Shown here: one piece after another, positions 28,674-38,345 of the stretch
Numbering within the stretch: the stretch's first letter is position 1
How the letters are laid out: each line of letters starts with the position of its first letter
Notes under the pieces: generated by a model
What the model was told of the DNA's origin: nothing
Databases searched by the model: none
Seen by the model: only the letters and a program-made list of their open reading frames with translations
Translations under genes and position numbers: made by a program
Source: Candidatus Hadarchaeum sp.
Lineage (GTDB): Archaea; Hadarchaeota; Hadarchaeia; Hadarchaeales; Hadarchaeaceae
Length of the DNA: 64,000 nucleotides
NCBI RefSeq assembly: GCF_038871235.1
Contig: NZ_JAVZIN010000003.1
Location: 54,744 to 118,743 of the forward strand
Direction: 5' to 3'

Positions 28674-29621
28674 TCAGCCTGACCGAAATTTAGCTTTGAT
28701 TCCGGCGAATGTTAAGACCGATCGCGCCAGTTTAACTCTGGAAGGAAGGTCTGGCATCAGCAGATCAGTGGAAAATACCGCTATACCAAGATCTTCGATC
28801 TTAGGCCTCAGTGTTTCGTCCCTTCTGTCAATAACCAGCCCGCTGATGAAATCACAGTAGTATTGTGCCACACCCAGTGGGCTGATTTCATAGCCTAGCC
28901 CTCTCATTAGGGCTCCGGCCGGTCCGCTTACCGGGGAACCACCAATGATCGGTGAAACAGCAATGACTTTTTCTCGTAATTTTTTTAGGGCCGACCTGAT
29001 CTCTCTAATTGCCACGATGGGTCCAATGCTGGTCACTGGATTGCTGGGGCCGATGATGATGGCCTCGCCGTCTTCTATTGCCTCTAGGACCCCTGGCGCG
29101 GCCCGGGCCAATTCAGCACCATCAAAAAGGACGGATTTCACCCGGTCCTGAGCCCGCCTAGCGACCCAGAACTCGTGGAAGGTCATGGTCCCGACTTCAG
29201 TATGAATCCGCGTGGTAACTCTATCATCAGACATGGGCATGACGTTGGCGAGGACATCAAACCTTCTGCAGAGTTCTCTTGTAACGGCGGAGAGCGGTTC
29301 TCCCGTTTTCAAGAGGATGGTGCGGAGTTGTTTAACTTTGCGGTCAAGATCCCCAATGCGGAGCAGCTCTGATTTCCCCTCTTGCTTGAGCTTTTCATGC
29401 TCCTCAAACGTGTCTTCTCTTAATCCATACCATGTTTCCTCGTTGACCACACCGGCGAGCGTGTACATGACAGTATCAATGTCCGGCGAGACATAAAGGC
29501 CGGAAATTTCTAGGTCCTCTCCGGTGTTAACGATGATGGACAAGTTTTCCTGACCCACAAGATGAACTAGGCCTTGGAGTAGCTTGGGAGTACCGGTTCC
29601 CCCGGACAATACCGTCAGCAA
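28674..29621 (-). CDS. cofD: 2-phospho-L-lactate transferase
   Basis: LSGGTGTPKLLQG, VNTGED, SPDIDT, IGPSNPVTSIGPI and VSGPA. Confidence 0.95.
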   Translation of the reverse strand: MLTVLSGGTGTPKLLQGLVHLVGQENLSIIVNTGEDLEISGLYVSPDIDTVMYTLAGVVNEETWYGLREDTFEEHEKLKQEGKSELLRIGDLDRKVKQLRTILLKTGEPLSAVTRELCRRFDVLANVMPMSDDRVTTRIHTEVGTMTFHEFWVARRAQDRVKSVLFDGAELARAAPGVLEAIEDGEAIIIGPSNPVTSIGPIVAIREIRSALKKLREKVIAVSPIIGGSPVSGPAGALMRGLGYEISPLGVAQYYCDFISGLVIDRRDETLRPKIEDLGIAVFSTDLLMPDLPSRVKLARSVLTFAGIKAKFRSG

Positions 29622-29625
29622 CTCA

Positions 29626-30375
29626 TCACCTAAAAAGATCCAGTTCGGGCGCCCGGATCACTTCACAAATAGTCCCGTTGCCTTTTTCGTATTTTGCTCC
29701 CTTGATCAGCACGGCGGGAATGCCTTCGTTCGATTCCCCCATTATCATGACAGCTGCAGCCGCCAGCGAATCTGCGGGACAGGTAACGGTTACCTTTAGT
29801 TCCTTTCCGTACAGATCCCGCCAGCCGCGCATGTCCAACAGAGGTTTCATACCTGCGACGCCTATGGCCAGACCGATGCAGCCACAGCGAAAGGGTCTTC
29901 CCTGAGTGTCGGTTATGATTACCGCGATGTCAACGCCCAGCCTTTTTTTGACGGTTTCCCTGATTTTGGCAGCGCTGGCGTCAGGGTCGCTGGGCAATAC
30001 CGTCACGTGTTCATGGTCAACATTGGAGCGGTCCACGCCCGCGTTAGCGCAGACGAAACCTTGCTTGGTCCTCGTAATTATCACGTGGCCCAACCTTACA
30101 ATCTCTGAAGACTGCTGGAGGATGACCTCGACCATGCGCGGATCTTTATCGATTTTTTTCGCGATCTCAATAGCTCGTGGGCTGGGCGTGATGGTGCGCA
30201 GGTCGACGATTTCTCCCTCAGCCTTTGAGATTATTGTCTGGGCCACGGCTAGCACATCTCCATCCTCAATTCTTAAGTGTTGTTTTTCCGCCGCCGCTAC
30301 TATCAGTTCACCAATATCGTCGCCACGTTTTACCATCGGGATACCAATTATCGCGAAAAGCTGCACACTTAACAC
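29626..30375 (-). CDS. cofE: Coenzyme F420-0:L-glutamate ligase
   Basis: ISKAEG, VCANAGVDRSN, PSDPDASA and ITDTQGRPFR. Confidence 0.95.
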   Translation of the reverse strand: MLSVQLFAIIGIPMVKRGDDIGELIVAAAEKQHLRIEDGDVLAVAQTIISKAEGEIVDLRTITPSPRAIEIAKKIDKDPRMVEVILQQSSEIVRLGHVIITRTKQGFVCANAGVDRSNVDHEHVTVLPSDPDASAAKIRETVKKRLGVDIAVIITDTQGRPFRCGCIGLAIGVAGMKPLLDMRGWRDLYGKELKVTVTCPADSLAAAAVMIMGESNEGIPAVLIKGAKYEKGNGTICEVIRAPELDLFR

Positions 30376-30422
30376 CGATGGGGATTATTAGTGTGAATGG
30401 TTTAAATCAGATGGTGGTGGGC

Positions 30423-31409
30423 ATGAAGTTCGGAGTGGAATTCGTCCCCTATCTCAACTTGGGCACCATGGTGGCTCTGGCGAAGGAGGTTGAGCAGCTA
30501 GGGTTCCAGCAGATCTGGGTCTGCGATCACTACCACAACCGTTACGTGCATTCGGTCCTAGCCCAGCTGGCACTAGAGACGCGCCGGGTTCAACTGGGTC
30601 CCGGAGTGACCAACCCCTATCTGGCCCATCCAGCGGTAACGGCGGCCGCGGTGGCCACGCTTAATGAGATGTCAAAAGGCCGGGCGCTTCTTGGGATGTC
30701 TTCCGGAGATCCCTTTTTTTTGGAGACGGTGGGGATAGAGCAGACCAAGCCACTCACCAGCGTTCGTGAAGCCGTATTCATAATCAGAAAGCTGTTTGCT
30801 GGGGAGAAGGTGGACTTTGAGGGCGAGTGCTTTACCTGTCGGGGGGCCAGGCTTAGGTTCAAACCGCTGAATCGAATCCCGATTTATGTTGGTGGCCGAA
30901 GGAGAAAGATGCTTAGGCTGGCGGGTGAAGTTGCCGACGGTGCCCTCATTAACGCTTCTCATCCGGTAGATATCGAGGACTCGGTTAAAAGCATTAAGGA
31001 AGGTTTAAGGCAAAGAGTGAGCCACATTAATGATTTTGACTTTGTAGCCTACATGGCGGTCTCGGTTGACAACGATGAAAGAAGGGCTCGTGATGCGGCC
31101 CGGGGTGTGGTTGCCTTTGTGGCTTCATCAGCCCCGGAGGATTCCTTATCTCACCGGGCAATTTCTGCTGAGGATGTGGAGGAGGTGAGGAGATATCTGC
31201 GCCGAGGTGAGCTGGCAAAAGCAAGAGAGGCGGTGACTGACGAGATGTTGGATGAATTTTCGGTGTGCGGAAAGGCCGACAATTTGGTCGACCGCGTCTT
31301 GGAACTGGAGAAAATTGGAGTCACTAGAGTGGTAATCGGTTCTCCGATAGGGCCAGATCCGCTCAAATCGCTGAAGCTGGTGGCGGAAAAACTTTTGGAT
31401 CAGGGTTGA
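30423..31409 (+). CDS. mer: F420-dependent 5,10-methylene-H4MPT reductase (Mer-like)
   Basis: MKFGVEFVP, DHYHNR, LGPGVTNPY, ADGALINASHP and VIGSPIGPD. Confidence 0.88.
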   Translation: MKFGVEFVPYLNLGTMVALAKEVEQLGFQQIWVCDHYHNRYVHSVLAQLALETRRVQLGPGVTNPYLAHPAVTAAAVATLNEMSKGRALLGMSSGDPFFLETVGIEQTKPLTSVREAVFIIRKLFAGEKVDFEGECFTCRGARLRFKPLNRIPIYVGGRRRKMLRLAGEVADGALINASHPVDIEDSVKSIKEGLRQRVSHINDFDFVAYMAVSVDNDERRARDAARGVVAFVASSAPEDSLSHRAISAEDVEEVRRYLRRGELAKAREAVTDEMLDEFSVCGKADNLVDRVLELEKIGVTRVVIGSPIGPDPLKSLKLVAEKLLDQG

Positions 31410-31437
31410 TCTCAGGATTGCCCAGATTCGGCAGATA

Positions 31438-31719
31438 TCAATCGCAGAACTTTCTAGAGAGCATTTTTACTTCATCTAGAAACTTGATGATTGAATTATC
31501 GGTAATTCGATAGAATATCTTTTTACCCTCCCGCCGAGTATTCACGATTTTACACTTTCTCATTTCCCGGAGGTGGTGTGAGACCAAGGATTGTTCAAGC
31601 TTGGTTTCATTCACGATGTCGTAAACGCATCGCTCTCCCTTTTTTAATAAATGTAAAATTTCAAGCCGCGTTTTATCACTGACGCATTTCAGGAGCTTTA
31701 GTTGTTCGTCTGTTCCCAT
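31438..31719 (-). CDS. ArsR/SmtB-family regulator
   Basis: DKTRLEIL, GERCV, QSLVSHHL and RREGKKIFY. Confidence 0.9.
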   Translation of the reverse strand: MGTDEQLKLLKCVSDKTRLEILHLLKKGERCVYDIVNETKLEQSLVSHHLREMRKCKIVNTRREGKKIFYRITDNSIIKFLDEVKMLSRKFCD

Positions 31720-31768
31720 TCTAACACCATTTCTAAATCAAATTTGGCTGCCTTAAAAAAGCAAGTTT

Positions 31769-32806
31769 CTAGTCAAAGTAGGCCCGAGTTTGTTTGCAGA
31801 GCCAGACCAGAAAGAGCATCAGAGGAACCTCAGTTAGGACCCCGACCACCGTGGCCAGCGCAGCTCCTGATTGTACTCCAAACAAGGTAATCGCTACTGC
31901 GACGGCAACTTCAAAATGGTTGCTGCCGGCGATTATCGCCACCGGGGCAGCGTCTTCGTAGGAGAGATGGATCCTTTTGGAGATTATGTAAGGAATCGCG
32001 AAGATGATGAGAATATTGGCGAAGATGCCGATGGTTATCATGCCGATTATTATTGGAATGGCGAGGAGAAGTTGTCCCTGATAGGAGAAGAGCACGACTA
32101 GGGTGATCAGGAGGGCAGCGATGGCGATCTTGCCGAGTGGCGGTATAAGTTTTTTCTGGAACCAGTCGAGTCCCTTTCTTTCAATCGCTATTTTTCTTGT
32201 GTAGTAACCGGCTACGAGCGGGGTGACGATATATATAGTGACGGTCAGGGCGATGGTGGCCCACGGTACGACGATGCCCGAGATTCCAAGCAGAAAAGTT
32301 GCCAGTGGGGCGTAGAGGACAACCATAGTCAGGGAGTTTATCGCTGTCATCACCAACGTGTGAGCGACATTTGCCTTGGCTAGATAGCTCCACATCAAAA
32401 CCATCGCCGTGCATGGAGCCACTCCGAGCAGTATCATGCCGGCCCGGTATTGCTGGATTTGTTCGGGTGTCAGAAACTGGCCGAAGACAATGCTGAGGAA
32501 AAACCAGGCAAAGAAGGCCATCGTGAAGGGTTTTATCGCCCAGTTCATGAAAAGTGTGAGACCTACTGGTTTTGGTGACCTGATGGCTTTCTTAACCTCT
32601 TTGAAGTCAATCTGGACCATGATGGGATAGATCATGAAAAACAGACAGACGGCTATGGGTATGGAAACTTGGGCGACCTCGAATTCAGCTAGGATTTGCG
32701 AAATCTGGGGAAAAGTTCTTCCCAAGAGTATGCCAACTACAATGCAGAGTGTCACCCACAGAGTAAGATATTTCTCCCATAGGCTGAGCTTTCTTTCCAC
32801 TTTCAT
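31769..32806 (-). CDS. acr3: Acr3-family arsenite efflux transporter
   Basis: EKYLTLWV, MIYPIM, NWAIKPFTM, APCTAMV, SNHFEVAVAVAI and GVLTEVP. Confidence 0.95.
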   Translation of the reverse strand: MKVERKLSLWEKYLTLWVTLCIVVGILLGRTFPQISQILAEFEVAQVSIPIAVCLFFMIYPIMVQIDFKEVKKAIRSPKPVGLTLFMNWAIKPFTMAFFAWFFLSIVFGQFLTPEQIQQYRAGMILLGVAPCTAMVLMWSYLAKANVAHTLVMTAINSLTMVVLYAPLATFLLGISGIVVPWATIALTVTIYIVTPLVAGYYTRKIAIERKGLDWFQKKLIPPLGKIAIAALLITLVVLFSYQGQLLLAIPIIIGMITIGIFANILIIFAIPYIISKRIHLSYEDAAPVAIIAGSNHFEVAVAVAITLFGVQSGAALATVVGVLTEVPLMLFLVWLCKQTRAYFD

Positions 32807-32819
32807 GATATTACCATCA

Positions 32820-32837
32820 TATGAATTTATATTCATA
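32820..32837. promoter_or_regulatory. Palindromic operator upstream of acr3 (ArsR-type)
   Basis: TATGAAT-TTAT-ATTCATA, a perfect 7-bp inverted repeat between a minus-strand TTATATA box and the start codon. Confidence 0.6.
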
Positions 32838-32909
32838 ATAGTTCGTGATCTATATAAGGGTGTTGTCGGTCGAGAGGTTGGCTCTAAAGGGCGGGAAAGG
32901 AAGTAAGGA

Positions 32910-33263
32910 TTAACTTTCGATATCCTTCAATACTTTTCTCCCAAGGTTGGTCAGCCTGTAGATTAAAAAGTTTCTTTCCTTCCGAAACTCCACGAGTCCG
33001 GCATCTTTCAGTATCTTTAAGTGGTAGGAGAGCTTGGAATATTTTATTTTCATCAGATTGACGAAAACACAAACACATAACTCGTTGATCCCTAAGGCCC
33101 GCAGGATACGCAGTCGGGTAGGATGCGATATTGCCTGCAAAAATTTTAGGGTTTTTTTGGTCTCGGCTTCCACAATATCTCTTACTTTTTCCAGCACATC
33201 TGCGGAAATACTGTAGTCCGGTGGAAGCTTAGAACTTAGCCGTTCAAGTGATTTGTCCCGCAT
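32910..33263 (-). CDS. ArsR/SmtB-family regulator
   Basis: HPTRLRIL, ELCVC metal site and SKLSYHLKILKDAGLV. Confidence 0.92.
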   Translation of the reverse strand: MRDKSLERLSSKLPPDYSISADVLEKVRDIVEAETKKTLKFLQAISHPTRLRILRALGINELCVCVFVNLMKIKYSKLSYHLKILKDAGLVEFRKERNFLIYRLTNLGRKVLKDIES

Positions 33264-33304
33264 GATTTCACTAGATTAATGTTGGCACTGAATAATAAAT
33301 TGTT

Positions 33305-33562
33305 TTATAATCCGGCTTCCTTCAGAGCATTTTCCAAAGTTTCCATGCTCGGAGCCAGACCAATGATTCTGATGTCGTGATCGATAACTATGGCAGGAGT
33401 TCTCTCTATCCCATATTCCTTGACCTTTTCATTCATGCCCTCATAGATTTTTATTTCGACTCGGTCCCCGTACTTCTCAGAAATTTCGCGCATCATCTTT
33501 TTAACCATTCTTCCTCCAGAACAGGGGGGAAGTGAAGCAAATACCTCTACGAGTACTTTCAT
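33305..33562 (-). CDS. Thioredoxin-fold protein, monothiol (PPCSGG)
   Basis: VEVFASLPPCSGG...YGIERTPAIVID. ATGA overlap with the upstream gene. Confidence 0.8.
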   Translation of the reverse strand: MKVLVEVFASLPPCSGGRMVKKMMREISEKYGDRVEIKIYEGMNEKVKEYGIERTPAIVIDHDIRIIGLAPSMETLENALKEAGL

Positions 33563-33813
33563 ACTCCAGCCTCCCAAAGAGCAGTTTTCAATGTCTTCTC
33601 ACTCGGACAAACACCCATTATTTTTATCTTTTCTTCAACGACTACTGCAGGAACAACGGTTATGCCGTACTTTGTGAATTCGTCACAAGGTCCGATGTGT
33701 TTTATGACCTCGACCTTATCGCCGTATTCCGCTTTTATCCTGTCAGCGAGTTCAAGAAGTTTCAAACATCCGGGGCAGGGAGGTTCGGCGGTGAAAACTT
33801 CCAATTTTACCAT
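33559..33813 (-). CDS. Thioredoxin-fold protein (PPCPGC)
   Basis: LEVFTAEPPCPGC...YGITVVPAVVV. Confidence 0.85.
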   Translation of the reverse strand: MVKLEVFTAEPPCPGCLKLLELADRIKAEYGDKVEVIKHIGPCDEFTKYGITVVPAVVVEEKIKIMGVCPSEKTLKTALWEAGV

Positions 33814-33814
33814 T

Positions 33815-34078
33815 TCATGCACCCTTTCTGATTTTTTCGATGGCGCGCTTGATCTCTTCTTTGGTTGGGACGCCACCAACCTTTACAATTGTTTTGTCAA
33901 TTACCACTGTAGGCGTCATCATAACGCCCATTTTTGCAGCCTCTTCTGATAAGGCATCTTCTTTAGTCACTTCTATGTCAGTATAGCCTAGTTCCTCCAC
34001 CGTTTCTCTTACCACCTTTTCTGCCGCTTTGCACTTCATACAGGGGGGCACTGTGCCAAAAATTCTTATTCTCATCAA
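33815..34078 (-). CDS. Small thioredoxin-like protein, MTH895 type (PPCMKC)
   Basis: IRIFGTVPPCMKC...GVMMTPTVVID...GGVP. Confidence 0.85.
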   Translation of the reverse strand: MMRIRIFGTVPPCMKCKAAEKVVRETVEELGYTDIEVTKEDALSEEAAKMGVMMTPTVVIDKTIVKVGGVPTKEEIKRAIEKIRKGA

Positions 34079-34084
34079 ACCACC

Positions 34085-34118
34085 ATTTCAATTTTATTTG
34101 AAATTCTGAATATTTAAA
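34085..34118 (-). promoter_or_regulatory. TATA box plus palindromic operator upstream of the thioredoxin triad
   Basis: ATTTCAATTTTATTTGAA (34085-34102) next to TATTTAAA (34111-18). 16/18 identical to the site at 38346. Confidence 0.65.
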
Positions 34119-34145
34119 CTTTCTTAAGCGGAGGATGATTTTCAA

Positions 34146-35522
34146 TTACTTCAATTTTTGGAGTATTTCGTTGGCAAGGAAGCGCATCGCCTTTTTGAAG
34201 ACGAATCCCTTATCCCTTATTAAGTCCAGCAGCAGCATTTTTGGCCGAAGATAAAATTTCATGTAGGCCGTTCTCAAGGCTTTGGTTATCTGATCGGCCG
34301 TGAGGTATTTCAACTTCATCACGGGATCTAGGGTGGTGAACTTTCTCCAGTTCATGGTGACTAGTATCTTTTCCTTCAGGGCGTATGTCCACAGCCTTGT
34401 CCCCGGATATGGGGTGGCGATGGTGAACTGGGCGAGATCAACGCCGACTTTTTTAGAAAATTTTATCGTTGTTTCAATTTCTTCCGGGCTTTCTTCTGGA
34501 AAGCCGATGACAAAGGACCCTAGTGCGTGAAGCCCAGCTTTTTTGGCGTTTCTTACCGCCCACTCAGACTTTGCCGGCGTAATCCCCTTTCCGATGAAAT
34601 CCAGCGTTTTCTGCGATCCCGATTCAATTCCAAAGTAAACGGTATGAGCTCCCGCTTTCTTCATCGCGCAGGCCACTTCCGGGGAAAAGGTATCGACCCT
34701 TGACGAAGCCGTCCAGGTAATATCCAGCCCCTCTTTTCTGATTTCGTCGGCAAGGGCAATAGCTCGCGACCTTTGCAGAGTAAAAGTGTCATCCAGAAAT
34801 TCAATCTCCCTTTTTCCATACTCTTTTCTGAGTACTGACAGCTCCTCCAACGTCCTAGCGACGCTGTGTCCGCGCCATTTTTTACCGAATTGGAGCGAGG
34901 ATGAACAGAAGATGCAGTTGAATGAGCAACCACGGCTCGTGATTACAGTACCGAATTCTATTTTCCCCGCCCGGTATTTTTTCATTGGGAGCAGGTCGTA
35001 AGCGGGCATTGGGATATCGTCAACGTTTTCTACCGGCCCTCTTGGCGGGTTGTTTATTACTCTTCCATTATGTTGAAATGACAAACCGAGTATGTCTTTC
35101 AGGTCCTTTTTCTTTTCTAAGGAATCTACCAATTCTTTAAAGGTGTGCTCCCCCTCACCCCTCACGATGAAGTCCACCTGCGGGCATTCCTGCATAGTTA
35201 CTTCAGGCAGAAAAGTTACATGGGGACCACCAAGGACGATTTTCACATTTTCGTTGATTTTCTTGGCAACTTTGACGGTTTCGTAGGCGTCGGGCATCAT
35301 GGAGGTAGTCGCGGTTAAGCCAATCAGTTCTGGATCATAGCTCCTTATTATCCTGCCTAAGTTTTCTAGATCATATCCTTCAGCAACTGCGTCGACGATT
35401 TTCACATCGTGATCCCCTCTGATCATTGAGGCAAGATAAGCTAGACCGAGCGGAGGACCGGTGGTGCCCATGACCTTAGTTATGGCGCTCTCATTAGGTG
35501 GAGAGATGAGCAGCACCCTCAT
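34146..35522 (-). CDS. Cobalamin-binding (class B) radical SAM protein
   Basis: PPLGLAYLAS, GGPHVT, RGEGE, SRGCSFNCIFC, FLDDTF, GIESGSQ and TPYPGT. Confidence 0.9.
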   Translation of the reverse strand: MRVLLISPPNESAITKVMGTTGPPLGLAYLASMIRGDHDVKIVDAVAEGYDLENLGRIIRSYDPELIGLTATTSMMPDAYETVKVAKKINENVKIVLGGPHVTFLPEVTMQECPQVDFIVRGEGEHTFKELVDSLEKKKDLKDILGLSFQHNGRVINNPPRGPVENVDDIPMPAYDLLPMKKYRAGKIEFGTVITSRGCSFNCIFCSSSLQFGKKWRGHSVARTLEELSVLRKEYGKREIEFLDDTFTLQRSRAIALADEIRKEGLDITWTASSRVDTFSPEVACAMKKAGAHTVYFGIESGSQKTLDFIGKGITPAKSEWAVRNAKKAGLHALGSFVIGFPEESPEEIETTIKFSKKVGVDLAQFTIATPYPGTRLWTYALKEKILVTMNWRKFTTLDPVMKLKYLTADQITKALRTAYMKFYLRPKMLLLDLIRDKGFVFKKAMRFLANEILQKLK

Positions 35523-35525
35523 CTT

Positions 35526-36467
35526 TCAGTCACCCACATAAGTAAATAGTTCATAAAATACTATAGTCATATCATTTAAGCGCAGTTTTGACTTTGAAGG
35601 ATAGCCAACTTGGAAAAGAACATTTTTTCTTTCTATTTTGACTTTAAAAATAGAAGTAGCTCGCAGGATAGTTTTGAAAAGATTTTTGATCCTTCCAGAA
35701 TTGGGTGATTTAACAGCGTGGCCTTCATTAGCGACCATCTGGTATGAAAGTAAATGCTGATAAGCTTGCTTTGAGCGAGACATAGGTATCGCTTTTTTTG
35801 ACAAATACTTCAGAATCTCGATGATCGAGGGCAGAAAGCGGCCGGGAAAGCCAAGGATGGCCTCATTCATCCCGATATCCGTTGCATCCCTGCAGCCGTA
35901 GCAGCCGAATGAGTAATTCAGTCGATTCTCTAAGTAGGGTATGATTGTGGCATCGACGCAAGCGGCTTGGAGCACGGCCGTGGAGGCTTGCACACGTTCG
36001 CCACCCTTCATGTTCAAGTATGCCAGAACAATCCACATGAGTTTTTCCACTTCGTCTTCCACGATTACTACGTCGGGATTGTAGTCGAACCTGTCCAAGG
36101 GAAAAAGATGTATCTGTTTGATCAGCCCAGGTTGCAGTTTCGGCATACCGGCGAACATCCTCTGTCCCACGGCCTCATCGGAGACGATGCCAAAGCCGAC
36201 GAGGGCTTTGCCTGATTTTAGGTTGTCCGTCAATTCCCGAAAACCGCAAGATGAAGCCGCCGCTGGGCAGGAAAGTTCATCCTTCTTAAGCAAGACGTTG
36301 TACCCCTTTCTGGCTTTCATTACCGCTTGGCAATATCGGTGCTTTGTTAATACTTCGGCGTTAGGTACATCTTTCTCAGCCGCCATCAGCCGAACTCCTA
36401 CGGGCGACCACTTCAGATCAAGGATGTTTTTCATCCCCTCGCCAAGCTTTCTAAACTCCACAGCCAT
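35526..36467 (-). CDS. DUF169-family protein
   Basis: SPVGV, RYCQAV, LSCPAAA, PDVVIV, QAACVD and SFGCYGCR. The last ~70 aa are atypical. Confidence 0.8.
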   Translation of the reverse strand: MAVEFRKLGEGMKNILDLKWSPVGVRLMAAEKDVPNAEVLTKHRYCQAVMKARKGYNVLLKKDELSCPAAASSCGFRELTDNLKSGKALVGFGIVSDEAVGQRMFAGMPKLQPGLIKQIHLFPLDRFDYNPDVVIVEDEVEKLMWIVLAYLNMKGGERVQASTAVLQAACVDATIIPYLENRLNYSFGCYGCRDATDIGMNEAILGFPGRFLPSIIEILKYLSKKAIPMSRSKQAYQHLLSYQMVANEGHAVKSPNSGRIKNLFKTILRATSIFKVKIERKNVLFQVGYPSKSKLRLNDMTIVFYELFTYVGD

Positions 36468-36469
36468 GT

Positions 36470-37192
36470 CTATACCGCCCCGCCCAGCCTTTTTTTAATG
36501 TATCCGATACATATGAGGTTCTTTGCTATTACCGGCAAGAGTTCGGCAGGAATTCCAATTATCACGCCATCATCTAGGTACCCCAGTCCCAGCTCCTTTG
36601 CTTTATTTCTCGAAAATTCGCAGGCGAACGTTACGTTGAGACTTCCAAGATAAGGTCTAGCTGTCGAGTAAGAGCATATCTGGCGCGGCGCTGAGATCCA
36701 GCTTTCGACTTTTCCACCTTTTTCAAATATGGTGGCTTGTACTAATTCTAAGGCCCTTCGGGGCATGGTTTCTGCGATTATCACGTCCGGTTTTAGTGGC
36801 GTGGTTTCTAGTGGGGAGAGAAGTATTGCGTACACGCTTTTGGGCCTTAAGCATGGGGCCGCCTCAAAATATCTCCTTGCGGCCATCTTTGAGCTACATG
36901 AGTCCCTGCTGAAGTAGAATTCACCAGTAATTTCTTCCTCAGGCGGTTCCGTGAGTCCTAAGGCCGACGCACCCCTTTTACATTCATGAAGCCGCTCCGT
37001 CGCATAGAAAGTATTGCCGGCCATGGCATACTTTACCATAACACAGTAGAACATTGGTCTGTCGAGTTCTTTAACGCCCGCTGGGATATCCCCTGGTTTG
37101 TTCAGTAAACTCACAGCCACTAATGGAGATTTAAGTGCTAGTATTTCTCGAAGCCTACGACCGATTTCTCGATACTGCTCAAGCTCGATCAA
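36470..37192 (-). CDS. DUF169-family protein
   Basis: SPLVAV, FYCVMV, HECKRGASALGL, PDVII, QICS and FACEFSR. Confidence 0.78.
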   Translation of the reverse strand: MIELEQYREIGRRLREILALKSPLVAVSLLNKPGDIPAGVKELDRPMFYCVMVKYAMAGNTFYATERLHECKRGASALGLTEPPEEEITGEFYFSRDSCSSKMAARRYFEAAPCLRPKSVYAILLSPLETTPLKPDVIIAETMPRRALELVQATIFEKGGKVESWISAPRQICSYSTARPYLGSLNVTFACEFSRNKAKELGLGYLDDGVIIGIPAELLPVIAKNLICIGYIKKRLGGAV

Positions 37193-37247
37193 ATAACGCT
37201 GCCTCCATTTTTCACGTATTCATTCTGCGCTTGATACGTCACGAGAA

Positions 37248-38342
37248 TCATACCAAGCCTCCGTAGAGCATACCGATCATGGTGGCGACAATGACCACCA
37301 GCACTATATACACACCGGCTTTTCTCCACCCGACCATCCTCATCAGCACGACCATGCTGGGTAGGCTCAGGGCTGGCCCAGCTAGCAGCAGGGCAAGGGC
37401 AGGGCCAGGTGCCATGAGCCCGGAGCTGTAACCGAAAAGAGTCCCTATAATTGGAACCTCGAGCAGCGTCGGCATATACAGCAGCGCGCCAACGACTGAC
37501 GCCAGCAGGCAGGCGAAGAACGAGTTGTCTCCGAGATAAGGTTTGGTCAGCTCCCCCACAGCTATCGACGGATCATGGGATGGTGAGAAATTTGCCGCGA
37601 TTCCACCGATCACTCCAACTACAAAAACGCCGACCAGCAGGACGGGGAATATCTTTTTTACGATCCACCATGTTTCATGACCCCAGTTTTTGACCTCGTC
37701 CTTTGTGTAATAGAATATTAATATCACAGCGACCGCGATGGTTAGCAAGTAAACAACCGCCAGCCTGAACAACAGTGAAATCAGTCCGGAGGCGCCGACG
37801 ACCAGTATCGCGACCAAGAGAATGAAAAATATTGGAGAAACGTATTTGGGTCTGGTGCCAGTGGACGTTTCAACTTGAGTGACTTGATTAATGGCTAAAA
37901 CCTCTTTTTTTGCCCCCCGTTCAAAAATTGCTTCCATAATGAGGCCGATGATAATCGCCATAGACACCGAACTCACTGCTCGGGCAATGCCTAGGTCAAA
38001 GCCTAGCACGCTGGCCGTGAAGACTATTGCCAAGACGTTGATGGCCGGTCCCGAAAATAAAAAGGAGAAGGCAGGACCTATTCCAGCGCCGCGCTTGTAA
38101 ATGCCTTGGAATATGGGCAATATCGTGCAGCTGCATACCGCCAAGATGGCTCCAGAGATAGAGGCAACGCTGTAGGAGAGCCATTTCTTGGTCCCGGACC
38201 CAAAATACTTGATCACGGATTGCTTGCTGACGAGAGCTGCTATTGCACCGGAGATGAAAAAGGCGGGCACTAGGCAGGTGATCACGTGAGCCGAGAGATA
38301 CTCAATCAAGGCGTCGATTCCTGGTCTGATGATATCATACAT
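37248..38342 (-). CDS. ArsP/DUF318-family permease
   Basis: HVITCLVPAFFISGAI, LAVCSCTILP, FLFSGPAIN, PTLLEVPI and LLAGPALSLP. Confidence 0.88.
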   Translation of the reverse strand: MYDIIRPGIDALIEYLSAHVITCLVPAFFISGAIAALVSKQSVIKYFGSGTKKWLSYSVASISGAILAVCSCTILPIFQGIYKRGAGIGPAFSFLFSGPAINVLAIVFTASVLGFDLGIARAVSSVSMAIIIGLIMEAIFERGAKKEVLAINQVTQVETSTGTRPKYVSPIFFILLVAILVVGASGLISLLFRLAVVYLLTIAVAVILIFYYTKDEVKNWGHETWWIVKKIFPVLLVGVFVVGVIGGIAANFSPSHDPSIAVGELTKPYLGDNSFFACLLASVVGALLYMPTLLEVPIIGTLFGYSSGLMAPGPALALLLAGPALSLPSMVVLMRMVGWRKAGVYIVLVVIVATMIGMLYGGLV

Positions 38343-38345
38343 AGT

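Noticed and set aside
22283-31409. Methanogenesis inferred from F420 genes, mer and mtmB-like genes
   Set aside because: No mcr, mtr or CoM methyltransferase genes are in the window. These modules also occur in non-methanogenic archaea.
33305-38342. Selenocysteine in the thioredoxins, DUF169 proteins or permease
   Set aside because: No in-frame TGA at the redox motifs. CSGG is encoded by ordinary sense codons.
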